The translations under genes and the position numbers were made by a program. Below are positions 28,381-40,897 of a stretch of DNA of 64,000 nt, in pieces (the stretch's first letter is position 1; each line of letters starts with the position of its first letter). The stretch comes from Podarcis gaigeae (taxonomy: Eukaryota), in the NCBI GenBank assembly GCA_964106915.2, contig OZ066922.1; one strand, given 5' to 3'. Under the pieces are notes generated by a model. That model was not told where the DNA came from and did not search any database. It saw only the letters and a list, made by a program, of their open reading frames with translations.

Positions 28381-28642
28381 CTGCGTCTCAGGAATAATAG
28401 GACTGTCCTCAGGGGAAATCCTGAACAAGGTAGAAAGAGGTGATGATACAATGACAGGATTTGGTCTCACAAATCCACTCAGATCGCAGCTGGGAATGTC
28501 ATTCTCCTCCTTCTTCATGACCAGGGTGTCCATGACATAGAAGACATTCCATGGAATCCAAACTGTGTGGTATTGAGTAAGGAATGGTGACCGTTCGAAC
28601 ACTAGGGTTAAAGATGCGCCTCCATTTGCCACCAAGTCAAAC
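28381..28642 (-). CDS. TENM3: Teneurin-3 exon ([11 protein letters not shown]...PIIPETQ); 262 nt, phase 2->0
   Basis: ATTAG acceptor, CAG|GTACAA donor. Confidence 0.96.
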
Positions 28643-28768
28643 CTAATGTAAATCAGATTATTATTGTGTAAAATGCCTTAAATTTACATCTTGCTCACAG
28701 ACATATATACAATTTAAATTTAAAGATTCTGATTTCTTAAGTTTGTCAGAAGAAGCAGTAGTCCTTTT

Positions 28769-28771
<3 letters not shown>

Positions 28772-28809
<38 letters not shown>
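28772..28809. repeat. (GT)n microsatellite
   Basis: Direct reading. Confidence 0.95.
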
Positions 28810-28812
<3 letters not shown>

Positions 28813-28920
28813 CATAAACATAAACATGTGTGTAGACATAAATCTCAAAACAACCTTTGTTGAAATAAGGCAAGTTAATTTTCTGTACTGCTATCTCAAC
28901 ATACGTGATATGAAACTTAC

Positions 28921-29040
28921 ATTCCATCTTGACGAGTGATGGTGTACCCATAATCTGGATAATGTAAAAACGACACATTAACTCCGATGAGTGGTGTTCC
29001 ATCTGCTGTCAATACTTGGCCCCTTATAACAGATGCAAGA
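28921..29040 (-). CDS. TENM3: Teneurin-3 exon, TTR-like domain ([41 protein letters not shown]); 120 nt
   Basis: Not shown in this frame in ORF track; translated by hand; CTACAG acceptor, GTAAGT donor. Confidence 0.95.
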
Positions 29041-29359
29041 CTGTAGGGAAAGGTACAAAATTACAACATTTAATATTTTCCCAAACAAGCACTTCCATGC
29101 CAATGTACCAAAGCATAAACATCCTGTTAGTTCACAACGTTGTATACTGTGCAGCCACTGCCTTATTTCAAAACTCATTTGGATCTATAGTCTCTCTGAG
29201 ATGGTTTCAGTGTACACCGAATTACTTACAGTGTAAATATGACAAGCACTTGCATCATACAAATACAGTGGTAACTGATTGGTTTGTTGTCACATGTACA
29301 CTCAGCAGCAGATTCGGGTTCGCCTCTGTGTTCACATGTAAAAATATTATCTGCTTATA

Positions 29360-29600
29360 CAGTGGTACCTCGGGTTACATACGCTTCAGTTACATATGCT
29401 TCATGTTACAGACTCCGCTAACCCAGAAATAGTGCTTCAGGTTAAAAACTTTGCTTCAGGATGAGAACAGAAATTGTGCTCCGGCGGTGCGGTGGCAGCG
29501 GGAGGCCCCATAGGTTAAAGTGGTGCTTCAGGTTAAGAACAGTTTCAGGTTAAGAATGGACCTCTGGAACGAATTAAGTACTTAACCCGAGGTACCACTG
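29360..29600. mobile_element. Intact Tc1/mariner(pogo)-type MITE
   Basis: Perfect 18-bp TIR CAGTGGTACCTCGGGTTA, TA TSD. Confidence 0.9.
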
Positions 29601-30752
29601 TACAGTAAAATCCTGTGCATGTTTATTTACAATTCCCACTGAATTCAATGTGGCTTACTTCCTAGTAATGGTATTCAGAACTGAACTGCTGCATCTTGCT
29701 TGCTAACTCTGCAAACTTGAGCACACTCACTTGGTGGTAGGTTTCATTGGGATCAAAATAACTTACTTCTAAGCCAATGGCTGAAATCTGATAAATATAA
29801 GGAACACCCTCAGTATGAAGCAGGATTTTTATTTTGTTTTGTTTTTTTTCAAACAAAAGCGTCCTGCGCTGCACTGTAAGAATCTTTTTAAGTTTCATGA
29901 ATTTTAAAAGCCGTTTATGATATGCTACAGTAGGAGGGAACTGCTGTTTGGATAGACCCCTACTACGGCGAACAATCTCTTGACTGCATATAAAGGGGCT
30001 CTCTGGATCACAACCAAAGCATTTTGGATCAGTGTGCAAAATTAATAAATTAGCAATGGTGTTTTAAAATTATAAACTCAAGGCTTTCCTTCTAAACAGC
30101 CTATCTTTTTGCACTTCCCTACGGAAAAGTGTTTTGCCAATTAATTTTTAGGCAATCTGTAAACCTGCGGGGGCTGCAAAGCACAGAATTTAAAGGAGTA
30201 ATAAGGAACATTTGTGTTACAACTTTTAATCAACCGCTGTGCTCAACTACATTAATGCAGCTAAATTACTGCAGACACAGGAGTTCCAGAGTAAATCATC
30301 TACTTTCACTCAGTAAGGCACAGGACACCTGCTTTCAGTTACTAGCTTATTTTCAGGTATATAACCACTCTGCAAAGCACCAGGCAGGCAGCTCCTGCAA
30401 TCATACTGTCATGCAGTTAACAGTTCTATTACATTAATTCATAATTTATATTATTTACTGAGCTCAGCTTTAAAAGTGCATCACTGCCTTCCCTTCTGAG
30501 GCGTTTTCATCACTTTGATACACTTCCAACTGTGCTAACCCAAATCAGCTGGGTCAATGAAGATTTATATAATCCTTAATGGAATGCCCTGTTAGAACTT
30601 AGACAGTACACAGTATAAAAAGCTATGTTAAAGCAGTATCACTGTCTGTCTGAAGTTTTGTACAAAATCAGCCATGCAGAGTCCCAAATTTTATACTTTT
30701 CCAACTATCCTTGAAACAAAGTCTAGCAAAAGGAATAACAGAAAACCCTCAC

Positions 30753-30969
30753 CTTTTATTGAAAGGGCTTTCCCCAGGAATGACATGGGAGCTGTCCGGT
30801 CCTATAAGAAAACTTATCCGATCGTAAAAGGATTTAGCAGCTTGCTGAGATGGTGACTGCTGGCTTTGGCTAATGATATCTTGTGGGTCCGGCAGTCCAC
30901 GGCAGTAGGGCTGGTTTTGGCAGGAACTCTGCAAACAGCAGTCAGGATCCATGCAGTCAATTAATCCAT
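30753..30969 (-). CDS. TENM3: Teneurin-3 exon, Cys-rich region ([12 protein letters not shown]...ESPFNK); 217 nt, phase 1->2
   Basis: CTGTAG acceptor, AG|GTGAGG donor; conserved DCxDPDCC motif. Confidence 0.96.
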
Positions 30970-31641
30970 CTACAGACAAAAAAGTTAGAAGAAAAGGAGC
31001 AATACTTCCTATTCATTTTCCCTAATGAGCAATTAAAGACAACAATCACATACAGCAGTTTTCACAGTGTAAATAATAAGCAAAGATATTAGAAGATTAG
31101 AAGTTATTTCAGGCCTTTCAGAGGAACAAAGGACAGATATTGTGCTAAGTAATAATCTGAAAGCAATGAAGAAGAGGGTCCATGTTGCAAATGTGGCATA
31201 TATAAATTTGCATATTAAAGAAACTCGAGACAAAATAAATAAGAGAAATAGCACACACACAACAGAACTGGATGAATATCTAAAAAGTGCATACAACATC
31301 ACAACTGCATAACCACACCAGGGAAAGGCTGAAAACCAGTTTACTTTCCAAGTTAACGTGTCAACTGTCAGAATCCTGCCTTTCAGGATCCTAAGCTATA
31401 AATCTGTGGCTCCTGTTGTAGTGGTAAGACTATGCATCATAGCTGCACTAAAGTAGATGAGAAGACGCCACGCTGAATTTTGCAGGTTTATGTATGTAAA
31501 CTGTTCCCAATCATATAACCAAGTGCGTGGGTGAGTTGATCTTTCTGGAAACAGTCTACTCAAAGGCAGCCTTAATAATATTTTTTGGTTTGTTATTTTA
31601 AGGGCATGTCACTGGAATAGGCACTATACAAAAGCAGTTGT

Positions 31642-31773
31642 NNNNNNNNNNNNNNNNNNNNNNNNNNNNNNNNNNNNNNNNNNNNNNNNNNNNNNNNNNN
31701 NNNNNNNNNNNNNNNNNNNNNNNNNNNNNNNNNNNNNNNNNNNNNNNNNNNNNNNNNNNNNNNNNNNNNNNNN
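31642..31773. other. Assembly gap (132 N)
   Basis: N run. Confidence 1.
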
Positions 31774-32314
31774 TAAGCGTTAGGGCCAAAAACGCCTCAT
31801 GCATCCAGTGGAGATTCACAATGATGCCAACAGCTTACAAGTGATTATTTCCCCAGCTGCAATTCCCCCAAGAGGAAAATCTGATCCTTGATGTGATGGG
31901 GGAAGCAATATGCATGCTCAGAATATGAAAAGCATTAGCTGCCCTTGTCACTGCTGGTTCAAATTTAGAACCCTCAAAGTTACTAAAAAGGTCTCTGAGA
32001 ATAGCTGAAAGGTGCAAGATAGAGTAACTCTGTTGAAACTAAGCAAAGTCTAGACAGTGCCTTAAGGGGATACTGCCTAGGAACGCTAGGTGTGTTATTC
32101 TAGGTAAGTTGGGAAACAATAAAACATACTCCCCCCCTTCATCATATCACATGGTGAGAGAGAAAGACCACAACTCCCATCATGATTTACCATTGGCCAA
32201 GTTGTCTGGAGTTGAGCCCTAAAACATCTGGAGGGCAACACATTCAATACTGTCTTTCTGACTAGCAGTGGCTGTTGAGGGTTTCAGACAGAGGCTTTAC
32301 TAAAACGCTACCTA

Positions 32315-32520
32315 GTGAATGTGCTGGACTGTTGCCTTGCCTCGGTAATGGACTGGATGAGAGCCAACAAACTGAAGCTTAATCCAGATAAAACTGAGAC
32401 ACTGTTAGTGGACAGTTCCCTGGACCAGATGGGTAGTAGGTGGCCTGTTCTTGACAGGGTTTACACTGCCTCTGAAGGAGCAGGATATAGCTTGGGATAC
32501 TTCTGGGTCCTTTGCTTAGT
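32315..32520 (+). mobile_element. L2/CR1-clade LINE RT fragment
   Basis: Peptide WMRANKLKLNPDKTE typical of the L2 RT C-terminal part. Confidence 0.8.
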
Positions 32521-33891
32521 GATGCGTTAGTACAATGCAAACAAGTTCCAAAAGCCACAATGAAATTCAGATTTCATGCAGATGTTGGCACAGAAACAAA
32601 GTACCCACAAATTTTTGTGAATTGATATTGAGTACTGTTGCAATTTGAGAAGTTCAAAGTATACCAGATTTCAAATCACTGCAGAATTTCATTTCAATGC
32701 CAGCACAGATATAGCTAACACACATATTGCTGATTTATAAATATTAAATAATTTCCAAGGGGGCTTAAAAGTAGCTTTTATGTGAGGTTATTTGGTTTTC
32801 TAGAAAGAGAAGCAGGTAACTGCAGCTTGGCTGCTTCTTGGAGCATATTTAAAGCATTTGAGCTGCAAGTCAGCTTTAAATATTTAAGAACATTTATGAA
32901 GATGGATTCTTTTTCCTTTAGAAGAAAGGCTACATTGCTACAAGCAGAGGTAATTTCAGCCGCTCTTTCAGCTGAAAATATATATATATGAGAACACAAT
33001 ATATGCTCAGCAAATTGAATCTTAATGCAAATCAGTTAATGATGAATACCAGCTTATATAACATAACATAGTGAATACAAACCTGCGTATTTCACACATG
33101 TGCACAACATATTTAAATACAGAGGTGAATCCCCATTTACGTGGGGATTAGATTCCGAACCCCCTCGCAAGTCAATGAAATCACATGGAGAGTCTTAGTA
33201 GCTTACGAGGAGACCCACCCCAGAGCCCAAAGAGGATGTGTGGGGTAGCGCAGCAGCCATTTCCCTGTGCATCAGCTGAGCAAGTCCTGCTGCCCCTCCA
33301 GCTCGCACTGAGACCCTCCCCAGAGCCCAGAGGACATCCTCTTCAGGCTCTGCTGAGGGTCTCCTTGTTAGCCAGAGGCTTGTGGAGGCTGGTCAGCTAA
33401 TGCACGGAAAAGCTTCCCAGTGCATCAGCTGAGCAGCTCAATGAAGTCTCCTCCAGCTACCCCTCCAGCTCACGTGACCAGCTCAGCTGATGTGCAGGGA
33501 AGACGCTTCCCCATGCGTCTGCTGTGTAAGCCCTGCTGCTCCTCAGCTCCTTTTATTATTTCCTACCAGTCTGCTTATTTCTCATTCTCAAATGATCTTT
33601 TTTCTGTTCTACATTTTCCTATCTATCATCTTCTAAAAATGATACAACCTGCTTCTCAGTGCACTGGAAAATGAAAGAAAATATGAAATTGACGTGAAAT
33701 CAGTAAAAAAAAATTTTTTGTTTTTTGTTTGCTTCTGTGTCCTATATTTCTCTTATCTTGTGTGTCTATCTTCTTGTCTTGGTAGCAATTCTTTTGAGAA
33801 AAGTTCTATTTATCACTTAATATCTATACATCACTTAGCACAATAACCTTACTGCTTTGTTAGTTTTTAGCCACCACTAAATTAAATGCCA

Positions 33892-34255
33892 GGGACGCAG
33901 GTGGCGCTGTGGGTTAAAGCCTCAGCGCCTAGGACTTGCCGATCGAAAGGTCGGCGGTTCGAATCCCTGCGGCGGGGTGCGCTCCCGCTGCTCGGTCCCA
34001 GCGCCTGCCAACCTAGCAGTTCGAAAGCACCTCCGGGTGCAAGTAGATAAATAGGGACCGCTTACCAGTGGGAAGGTAAACGGCGTTTCCGTGTGCGGCT
34101 CTGGCTCGCCAGAGCAGCATTGTCACGCTGGCCACGTGACCCGGAAGTGTCTCCAGACAGCGCTGGCCCCTGGCCTCTTAAGTGAGATGGGCGCACAACC
34201 CCAGAGTCTGTCAAGACTGGCCCGTACGGGCAGGGGTACCTTTACCTTTACCTTT
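33892..34255 (+). mobile_element. Full-length Sauria SINE
   Basis: 14-bp TSD TAAATTAAATGCCA; (TTTACC)n tail. Confidence 0.93.
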
Positions 34256-35874
34256 TAAATTAAATGCCATTGAGGGAAACATGATTAATTAGCTAGATCT
34301 TAAACTTTACACTGTGACCACAATCCAAAGAGATTAGTAGTATGTGCACAAAATAGCACACATGCATCTATCACCCTCCTTCAATTTCCTTTTCATCATA
34401 TCCCCAAATTAACTTTACAACAACTACAAATTATTGCTAATTATGTATTTATTTACACACACCAGAATGTGTGCTTTGGCTCAGCATTCGTAACTCTAGC
34501 GACAGAAGGGTAACACACTAGCTTCTTCCAGAAAAATATGTATGGAGTCCAGAATGTAAACACTTCTGGTGACTTTGCCAACATGCATATTTTCTGCTTA
34601 GAAAACATTATCTGCTTTCCTGTAAGTACACATGTTAAGATACAGGTGAGATTGCCATGTATGTCTTGCAAATGCAGTTTGAGAAATGATGCTTGTTCTT
34701 CTCAAAGTATTTTGAAATTTTACAAATATTAACCTATTGACATATTTTGTGTTGTCTGTCACTAATTAAGTTAAAATGCATTTATGATTTTCTTCAAAAT
34801 GTATTCTCTTAAAAATAACAGAGTAATAGACAAATGCCTTGTCAATCTGGGCTTAAACCAATTTATGTTAGTATCAGTATCCAATACATTAATTGTTAAA
34901 CGCTCTATATTGGCAATAGGTGCTTTTGGGGGCTTTGCTCTGTTTGCTCTGTGTTGTCCTGCAGGCAATATTTAGCACAGTTGCCATAGAGGAATGCTCA
35001 AATTTAGTCATTCATCTTTGTTACTTTATAAATAGCAAATGTACATCTGGCATGTAGACTGCAGGTCATAAAACTGTTTGAGATTGACATCTTCTGAACT
35101 AATCAGCTGGAAATGCATTTTTACAAGCCTCCCCACTCACATCAATCAGGAAAAGAATCTCATTTTCACCAGTCAAGATACAGGGACACACTGTTTGTTA
35201 TTTTTCTATGAAGTTTATCAGCTACTTGCCCAAGCGAGTGACGGATGGTTATGAATCTGGCTCCTTCTAACTTGCAAAAATATTTTTCATTCTCTCTCTC
35301 TCTCGCTCTCTCTCTCTCTTTATACAGCTAGTGCATTTTACCAAGTATTCTATTGCCCCATGTGTAAAATAACAAAGGCGAAATCCCTTTACTAAATAAT
35401 CAGTCTATTGTAGTTGGGACCAAAAACTGCACCTGTCTCTTATGGTTCAACAACAACAATCTTTGTTTGAGTTAAGAAAGAAAATCACAGAATGTTCAAG
35501 TCCACTAAATTATCATTATAGTACTAGATGATAGTCTTGCATTTAGAATATCTTAACCCATAGGGCTAAGTCCAACCTGTCAACAAAAATCTAAACTATG
35601 GGCTTTTATAAAAATTCTAATTATACCAGTTTGCTCCCATATAAACACATGGTTCATCTTGATTATTGCATGCACTTTTGATCTTCATATTTCAAACAGG
35701 ATATAACTAGAAACTGTGAAGAGAAAATGTACAAAATAATCAGAGACTATACAAAACCTTTCAAGAACAGGAAGGAAAATATTAAACCTCTTCTGCTAAG
35801 GAAGGTGTAACTAAAGAATAACAACTGAAGCATATATAGAATCTTGAGATTTTAAAAATTAAGAAAGGTATCTA

Positions 35875-36210
35875 CCGTATTTTTCGCCCTATAGGACGCA
35901 CCGGCCCATAGGACGCACCTAGATTTGGGGGGGGGGAGGGAAATAAAGGGGAAAAAATTATTTCCCCAGCCCCCAGAATGGGAGCCAGAGCGATGCCGAA
36001 GCTGCGCGCAGCATCTGCGTCGCTCTGGGAGCTTGCGGGGCTGGGGGGATAGCTTCCTGAAGCCTGGAGAGCGAGAGGGGTTGGTGTGCACCGACCCCTC
36101 TCGCTCTCCAGGCTTCAGCGAAAGCCTGCATTCGCCCCATAAGATGCCACACACATTTCCCCTTCATTTTTGGAGGGGAAAAATTGCGTCCTATAGGGCG
36201 AAAAATATGG
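35875..36210. mobile_element. Tc1/mariner-type MITE with internal GC-rich hairpins
   Basis: 26-bp TIR (25/26 match) CCGTATTTTTCGCCCTATAGGACGCA, TA TSD. Confidence 0.9.
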
Positions 36211-37799
36211 TATGTTCCTTTTTATACTTTAGAGGGAAGGCAATGACATCCAAAGGTAGCAGGTTTCACTAAGAAAACATAATTTGTCATATGTCATGCA
36301 GACTTCCTACTAGATGCTTGAATTTATATATCGGTGTGTGTGCAGACCTATTCAGACAATCATATATTAGGTTGGTAAGCTAAGATATGCATGCTGCTCC
36401 CCCCCTCCCATAACATGCAGCCTCTTTGTTCAAGTCACAAAGAAAAACTCAAAATTAACAAGGTACAAGGCAAGAAGCAACTTCAAACAATTAAACCTGG
36501 CTTGTTCTTCAGCTGGTAACCAGTCTCCCAGTTTTGATAAAAAGGGAAACTATGGTTATTATAGTGTTCCCGCTTTGATTGTGGCCTGCATGAAAGAGGG
36601 AGCAATGGGGCAGCATGTGCAAGGCATAAGGCTTATGCAACTCTTGCTATAATCAACCAAACATGGCCAATCGCATGGTGGATTTGCAATACCAAGAAGC
36701 TGGAGGCACAAGAATACACTAGGTTTCTAATAAATGACCAGAGGCTAGGAATGATGCTTGGGATATTTGTTTTTGAAAAAGGCAACTGAAGCATTTGCTC
36801 ACTCGCTATATTGGGCTGGGTAGACCTAATCAGAAACCCAACAAAACTGTTCACTTTTTTATGCTGGCAGAAATGGACACTGAAGCTACAATTCAAACCC
36901 CCAGGCAGCAGAAGGCTTATCTGATCAGGATAGCCACTTCCACATCCATAGTCCCACCACTCACACTGCTCAGAGCGAAAATAGGGAGTCAGGTAAAAAT
37001 GGATTATTTTGCCATGCCATCTCCCAGGCTGCTGAACAAAAATCCAGAAAGAAAACAAGTGAACCTCCAAGCTAAACACATCCCATTAGTCTTGCAAGGC
37101 TAGGATGGCAAATTTTTGTAAGACAAAAATGTGGCCCAGGGGTCAGCATCTTGGGATCCAATCTGTTGAATCAGATTCAACACCCAGTGGTAGAATGGCA
37201 GAGCAGTAACGGGACTAGAGCACACATGGAAGTACTTCACTCATTTCATGTGGTAAGTGATTGCACATGCGGAAAACTCTCCTGCCACCAAGAAGCACAT
37301 CTATATACACTATCAGGACAGATTAATCTAAAATAATATAGACCACAACTGGGCTGGAAACGAAAAGTAGCAACCGAAAGGAAATAATTCAATTGAATGA
37401 GTGTAGAGGCAAAATATATTGCTGCAATTCTAAATCCCAATTCAACACCACATTATTAAGGATCTGAGCATTTTGAAGTTATTCTCGTAAATGTTTACAG
37501 ATATGTTGATAAGCATACAATCGGAAATTCAATCAGTGAAACCACAACAGAAAACTCAAAACCATGCAAAGCGTGTCAGTCAGTGAAATTAGCCATAGCA
37601 ACAAATGTGACCCTATAAGCAGGTAACTCAAAACACGGGCTGTGTTTCAATACAAGTCAAGTCACACTGTACATGGCACTGTAAACTGTACTGACCATCT
37701 AGAAATTATTTCCCTTGTATACATGAACAACTTCTCTCATGCCCACCCATATAGGCTAGAAATACCATCCCATCTGGCTGCTACTACCTGCTACTCAAA

Positions 37800-38870
37800 T
37801 CAGATGCTTTTGGAGGAAACTGATTTTCAGTTGGGGTTTAGGCCTGGTTTTGACACAGAAACGGCTTTGGTCGCCCTGTATGATGACCTCTGTCGGAAGA
37901 GAGACAGGGGAAATGTGTCCCTGTTAATGACCCCCAGCTTCTCAGTTCCCTCCAGGATTATTTTCAAGCAAACGGCGATTGTGCCTGCATGAAACCAACC
38001 TCTCTTCCATCCTTTACATGTTTCTTCTGGTTCTGAGAGACAAGGGGGAAGGGCAGCTTGATGCAGCAAGAAAGGGAGACACCTGTGAGTCTTCACTAGT
38101 AGGACCCATCTCTGCCTCTTGGCCTTCTCAGCTTCTGCCTCTGATTCTGGACTTCTCTCCACCACAGATGCTCCCAGCTCACTAAGCCCCGTTAACTCTT
38201 CAGCTTCCAACACTTCCGCTTCTTCCTCTGACCACTCATTGTTTCCCCACCACCAATCCCCATGGTCTGAACCTTCTTCCCTTATGGGTTCCCCAGCTGG
38301 TTCCTCCCACCATTCCTCTCCGTCCAACCACTCCATGACATACAGCCTAGCTTCTGTTGTTTATGCTCTGGTAACCTCTAGGCTAGATTAGTGGAATGCA
38401 TTATGCACAGGGCTGCATCTGATGACGGATTGGAAACCAACTGCATTAGCTACCAATTAGTTTCCGGGCTCAATCCAAAGTCCTGGTTTTGACCCATAAA
38501 GCCTCAAACGGCTCATGACCGCAATACCTCAAGTACCATCTCTACCCATATGAACTGCCCCTGCTCCTGCAATAATAAGCTGACACCCTTCTTTGTGTGC
38601 CTCCTCCATGAGAGGTTCGATGGGTGGCAACAAGCCTTTTCTGTAGTGGATCTCCATGTGTGGAATGCTCTACCCAGGGAGGCTTGCCTGGAGCCATCAT
38701 TACATATCTTTAGGTGCCAGCCAATAACATTTCTCTTCAACCAGACCTTTGGCTGATTAACATTCCATGGCCTTTTAAATGTGTTTGTGGGAGCGGGGTG
38801 CCATATGTAAGCTGCCTTGAGCATGGTTTGAACTGTGGAAAGGTAGCATACAAAAATGTATTTATGTATG
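37800..38870 (+). mobile_element. Decayed L2-type LINE (RT piece ~37800-37945; 3' piece ~38340-38870) interrupted by unrelated sequence
   Basis: FQLGFRPGFDTETAL and VYALVTSRLD motifs. Confidence 0.75.
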
Positions 38871-39590
38871 ATTGCAATGACAGAAGACAGAGAGGCAAAA
38901 GGTACTGTGAGGAACTGGAAATGGGAGGTACATAGAAGATGATTTTTTTTAGAGTGGAAAATAGGGCTGGGGGAAAGTAGAGATAAAGTAGTAGGCATTG
39001 ATGGAAGGCAGGGGAAGGTGTGGCAATGCTGCTGTGGTTGCTAAAAATTATTCTGGAAGGCCTTCAATAATGAGCTATAAGAACAACACAGGAATGAGTC
39101 AAAGCTGAGATCAGATAAGGAACAGTTGTGCTAGTAAGAAGCTTGGTGGGATTAGCTTGTTGCTGACAATGGATCTTTTAAAAATGTGAAGTTCTTACTA
39201 AATTATTTCTCAACATCTGTACCTCTTGAAAAACTTTCCCGAATGTGGATGTCACAACTATTCACTTTAGGCATGTGTGCAGCTTTATTATAAAGCTCTC
39301 GGAATTACAGTATTATTTTTGCCCTTAGATAAAATACTACCACTTGGAACTTAATGCTCACTAATGGATTTCGATGTACACATTTTGCCTGCTGTAACCA
39401 TCTCTTAAGGATTTGATAGCATACTAAATGAAGGCAATAAATGTTGTAGCACATTCCTGCATGTATCTCATCACAGGTAGTAAAAGCTCTGTATCATTCT
39501 CACAGCAGTATTTTTTTCACCTGATTGGGAAGCCGATAATTTTACAAATTTTTTTTTAGCAGTGCAGGAATTTCACTCTGCATCTCCTAC

Positions 39591-39737
39591 CTCCTTCATT
39601 GTCCTTGCTATCAGTACATAAAGTTTCCATGGCGACATCACATCCTGCTCCCCTCCATCCTGGCTGACAAACACAGTGCCAGCCATTTTGGTCCAGAGTA
39701 CATCTTCCATTGCTATTACACAAGCCAGGGCATCCCT
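39591..39737 (-). CDS. TENM3: Teneurin-3 exon, EGF8 ([13 protein letters not shown]...DSKDNEG); 147 nt
   Basis: TTTTGACAG acceptor, G|GTAGGA donor. Confidence 0.96.
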
Positions 39738-40342
39738 CTGTCAAAACAGACAAAAAAAATGACACTGCATGTGATTTAGCTATTACAACAATTTAAAATG
39801 TAATCAAAATACGAACAGGGGACACTTACTGGGAACAGGCCTTCAGAACAGCACAAATACTGTAATTGCACATGGAGAGTAGCAGCAACATTACCTGGGA
39901 TTCTAATTCTTAACTAAGTGGCATCTTTGATTGGTCTGACACTTGAGACACCACTTACCTGTGCAGGCAGGAAATATATCCAAGAAACCTCTAAATACCT
40001 GCAGGCCAGACAAAATTATGTTTTCCTGTTCTTTATCAGAGTAGCAGGCAATATGACCACAACATAATACACAACACAGCCTCTAGGCAAAACAACAGGG
40101 GTTCTGCATTTATAGAGGAAATAATTATTTGATGTATATGCGTTGCTGGTTACTTGATGGTATAGATTTCGTTAAGCTCCTTGTTATTTTAAATAAATCC
40201 TTGGAAATTTCAAAGTAGCTGTGCCACTCTGCTTTCAACAACGTTAATTTTATCTGGTCTCAAGAGTTGCCATGTGTTCATGTGAAATTACAGTGCATTA
40301 AATAATTGCACAAAGTATAGGTCAGTTTCAGTGACTATACTT

Positions 40343-40610
40343 NNNNNNNNNNNNNNNNNNNNNNNNNNNNNNNNNNNNNNNNNNNNNNNNNNNNNNNNNN
40401 NNNNNNNNNNNNNNNNNNNNNNNNNNNNNNNNNNNNNNNNNNNNNNNNNNNNNNNNNNNNNNNNNNNNNNNNNNNNNNNNNNNNNNNNNNNNNNNNNNNN
40501 NNNNNNNNNNNNNNNNNNNNNNNNNNNNNNNNNNNNNNNNNNNNNNNNNNNNNNNNNNNNNNNNNNNNNNNNNNNNNNNNNNNNNNNNNNNNNNNNNNNN
40601 NNNNNNNNNN
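40343..40610. other. Assembly gap (268 N)
   Basis: N run. Confidence 1.
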
Positions 40611-40647
40611 TTTTGTGACAATCTCCCTAAGGCTTTTGTGCTGTTAC

Positions 40648-40668
40648 CTTTATATCCTATCTTGTCTG
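40648..40668 (-). CDS. TENM3: Teneurin-3 alternative micro-exon (A)DKIGYK, 21 or 18 nt via AAGCAG tandem acceptor
   Basis: AAAAG|CAG|ACAAGATAGGATATAAAG|GTAACA; in frame; matches the second site-A insert I recall from mammalian Ten3. Confidence 0.85.
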
Positions 40669-40837
40669 CTTTTATGGCCAAGGAGGGAAAATTTGGGAAA
40701 CAATTAAAATTATTTAATATATCCAAAATCTATTACTTTTTTTTCATCTAACAGTACATCAAAAACAGTATCTGTCACTTCCTACTGATGGAAAAACTGG
40801 CATGCAGCCAACATGACCTGTATGAGAATGACAACAG

Positions 40838-40897
40838 TATATATCTATATAGATATATATAGATATAGATATATAGATATATAAATGTATATATATG
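40838..40897. repeat. AT-rich (ATATAG)n-like microsatellite
   Basis: Direct reading. Confidence 0.85.

Noticed and set aside
31598-31844. ORFs spanning N runs
   Set aside because: Artefacts of assembly gaps
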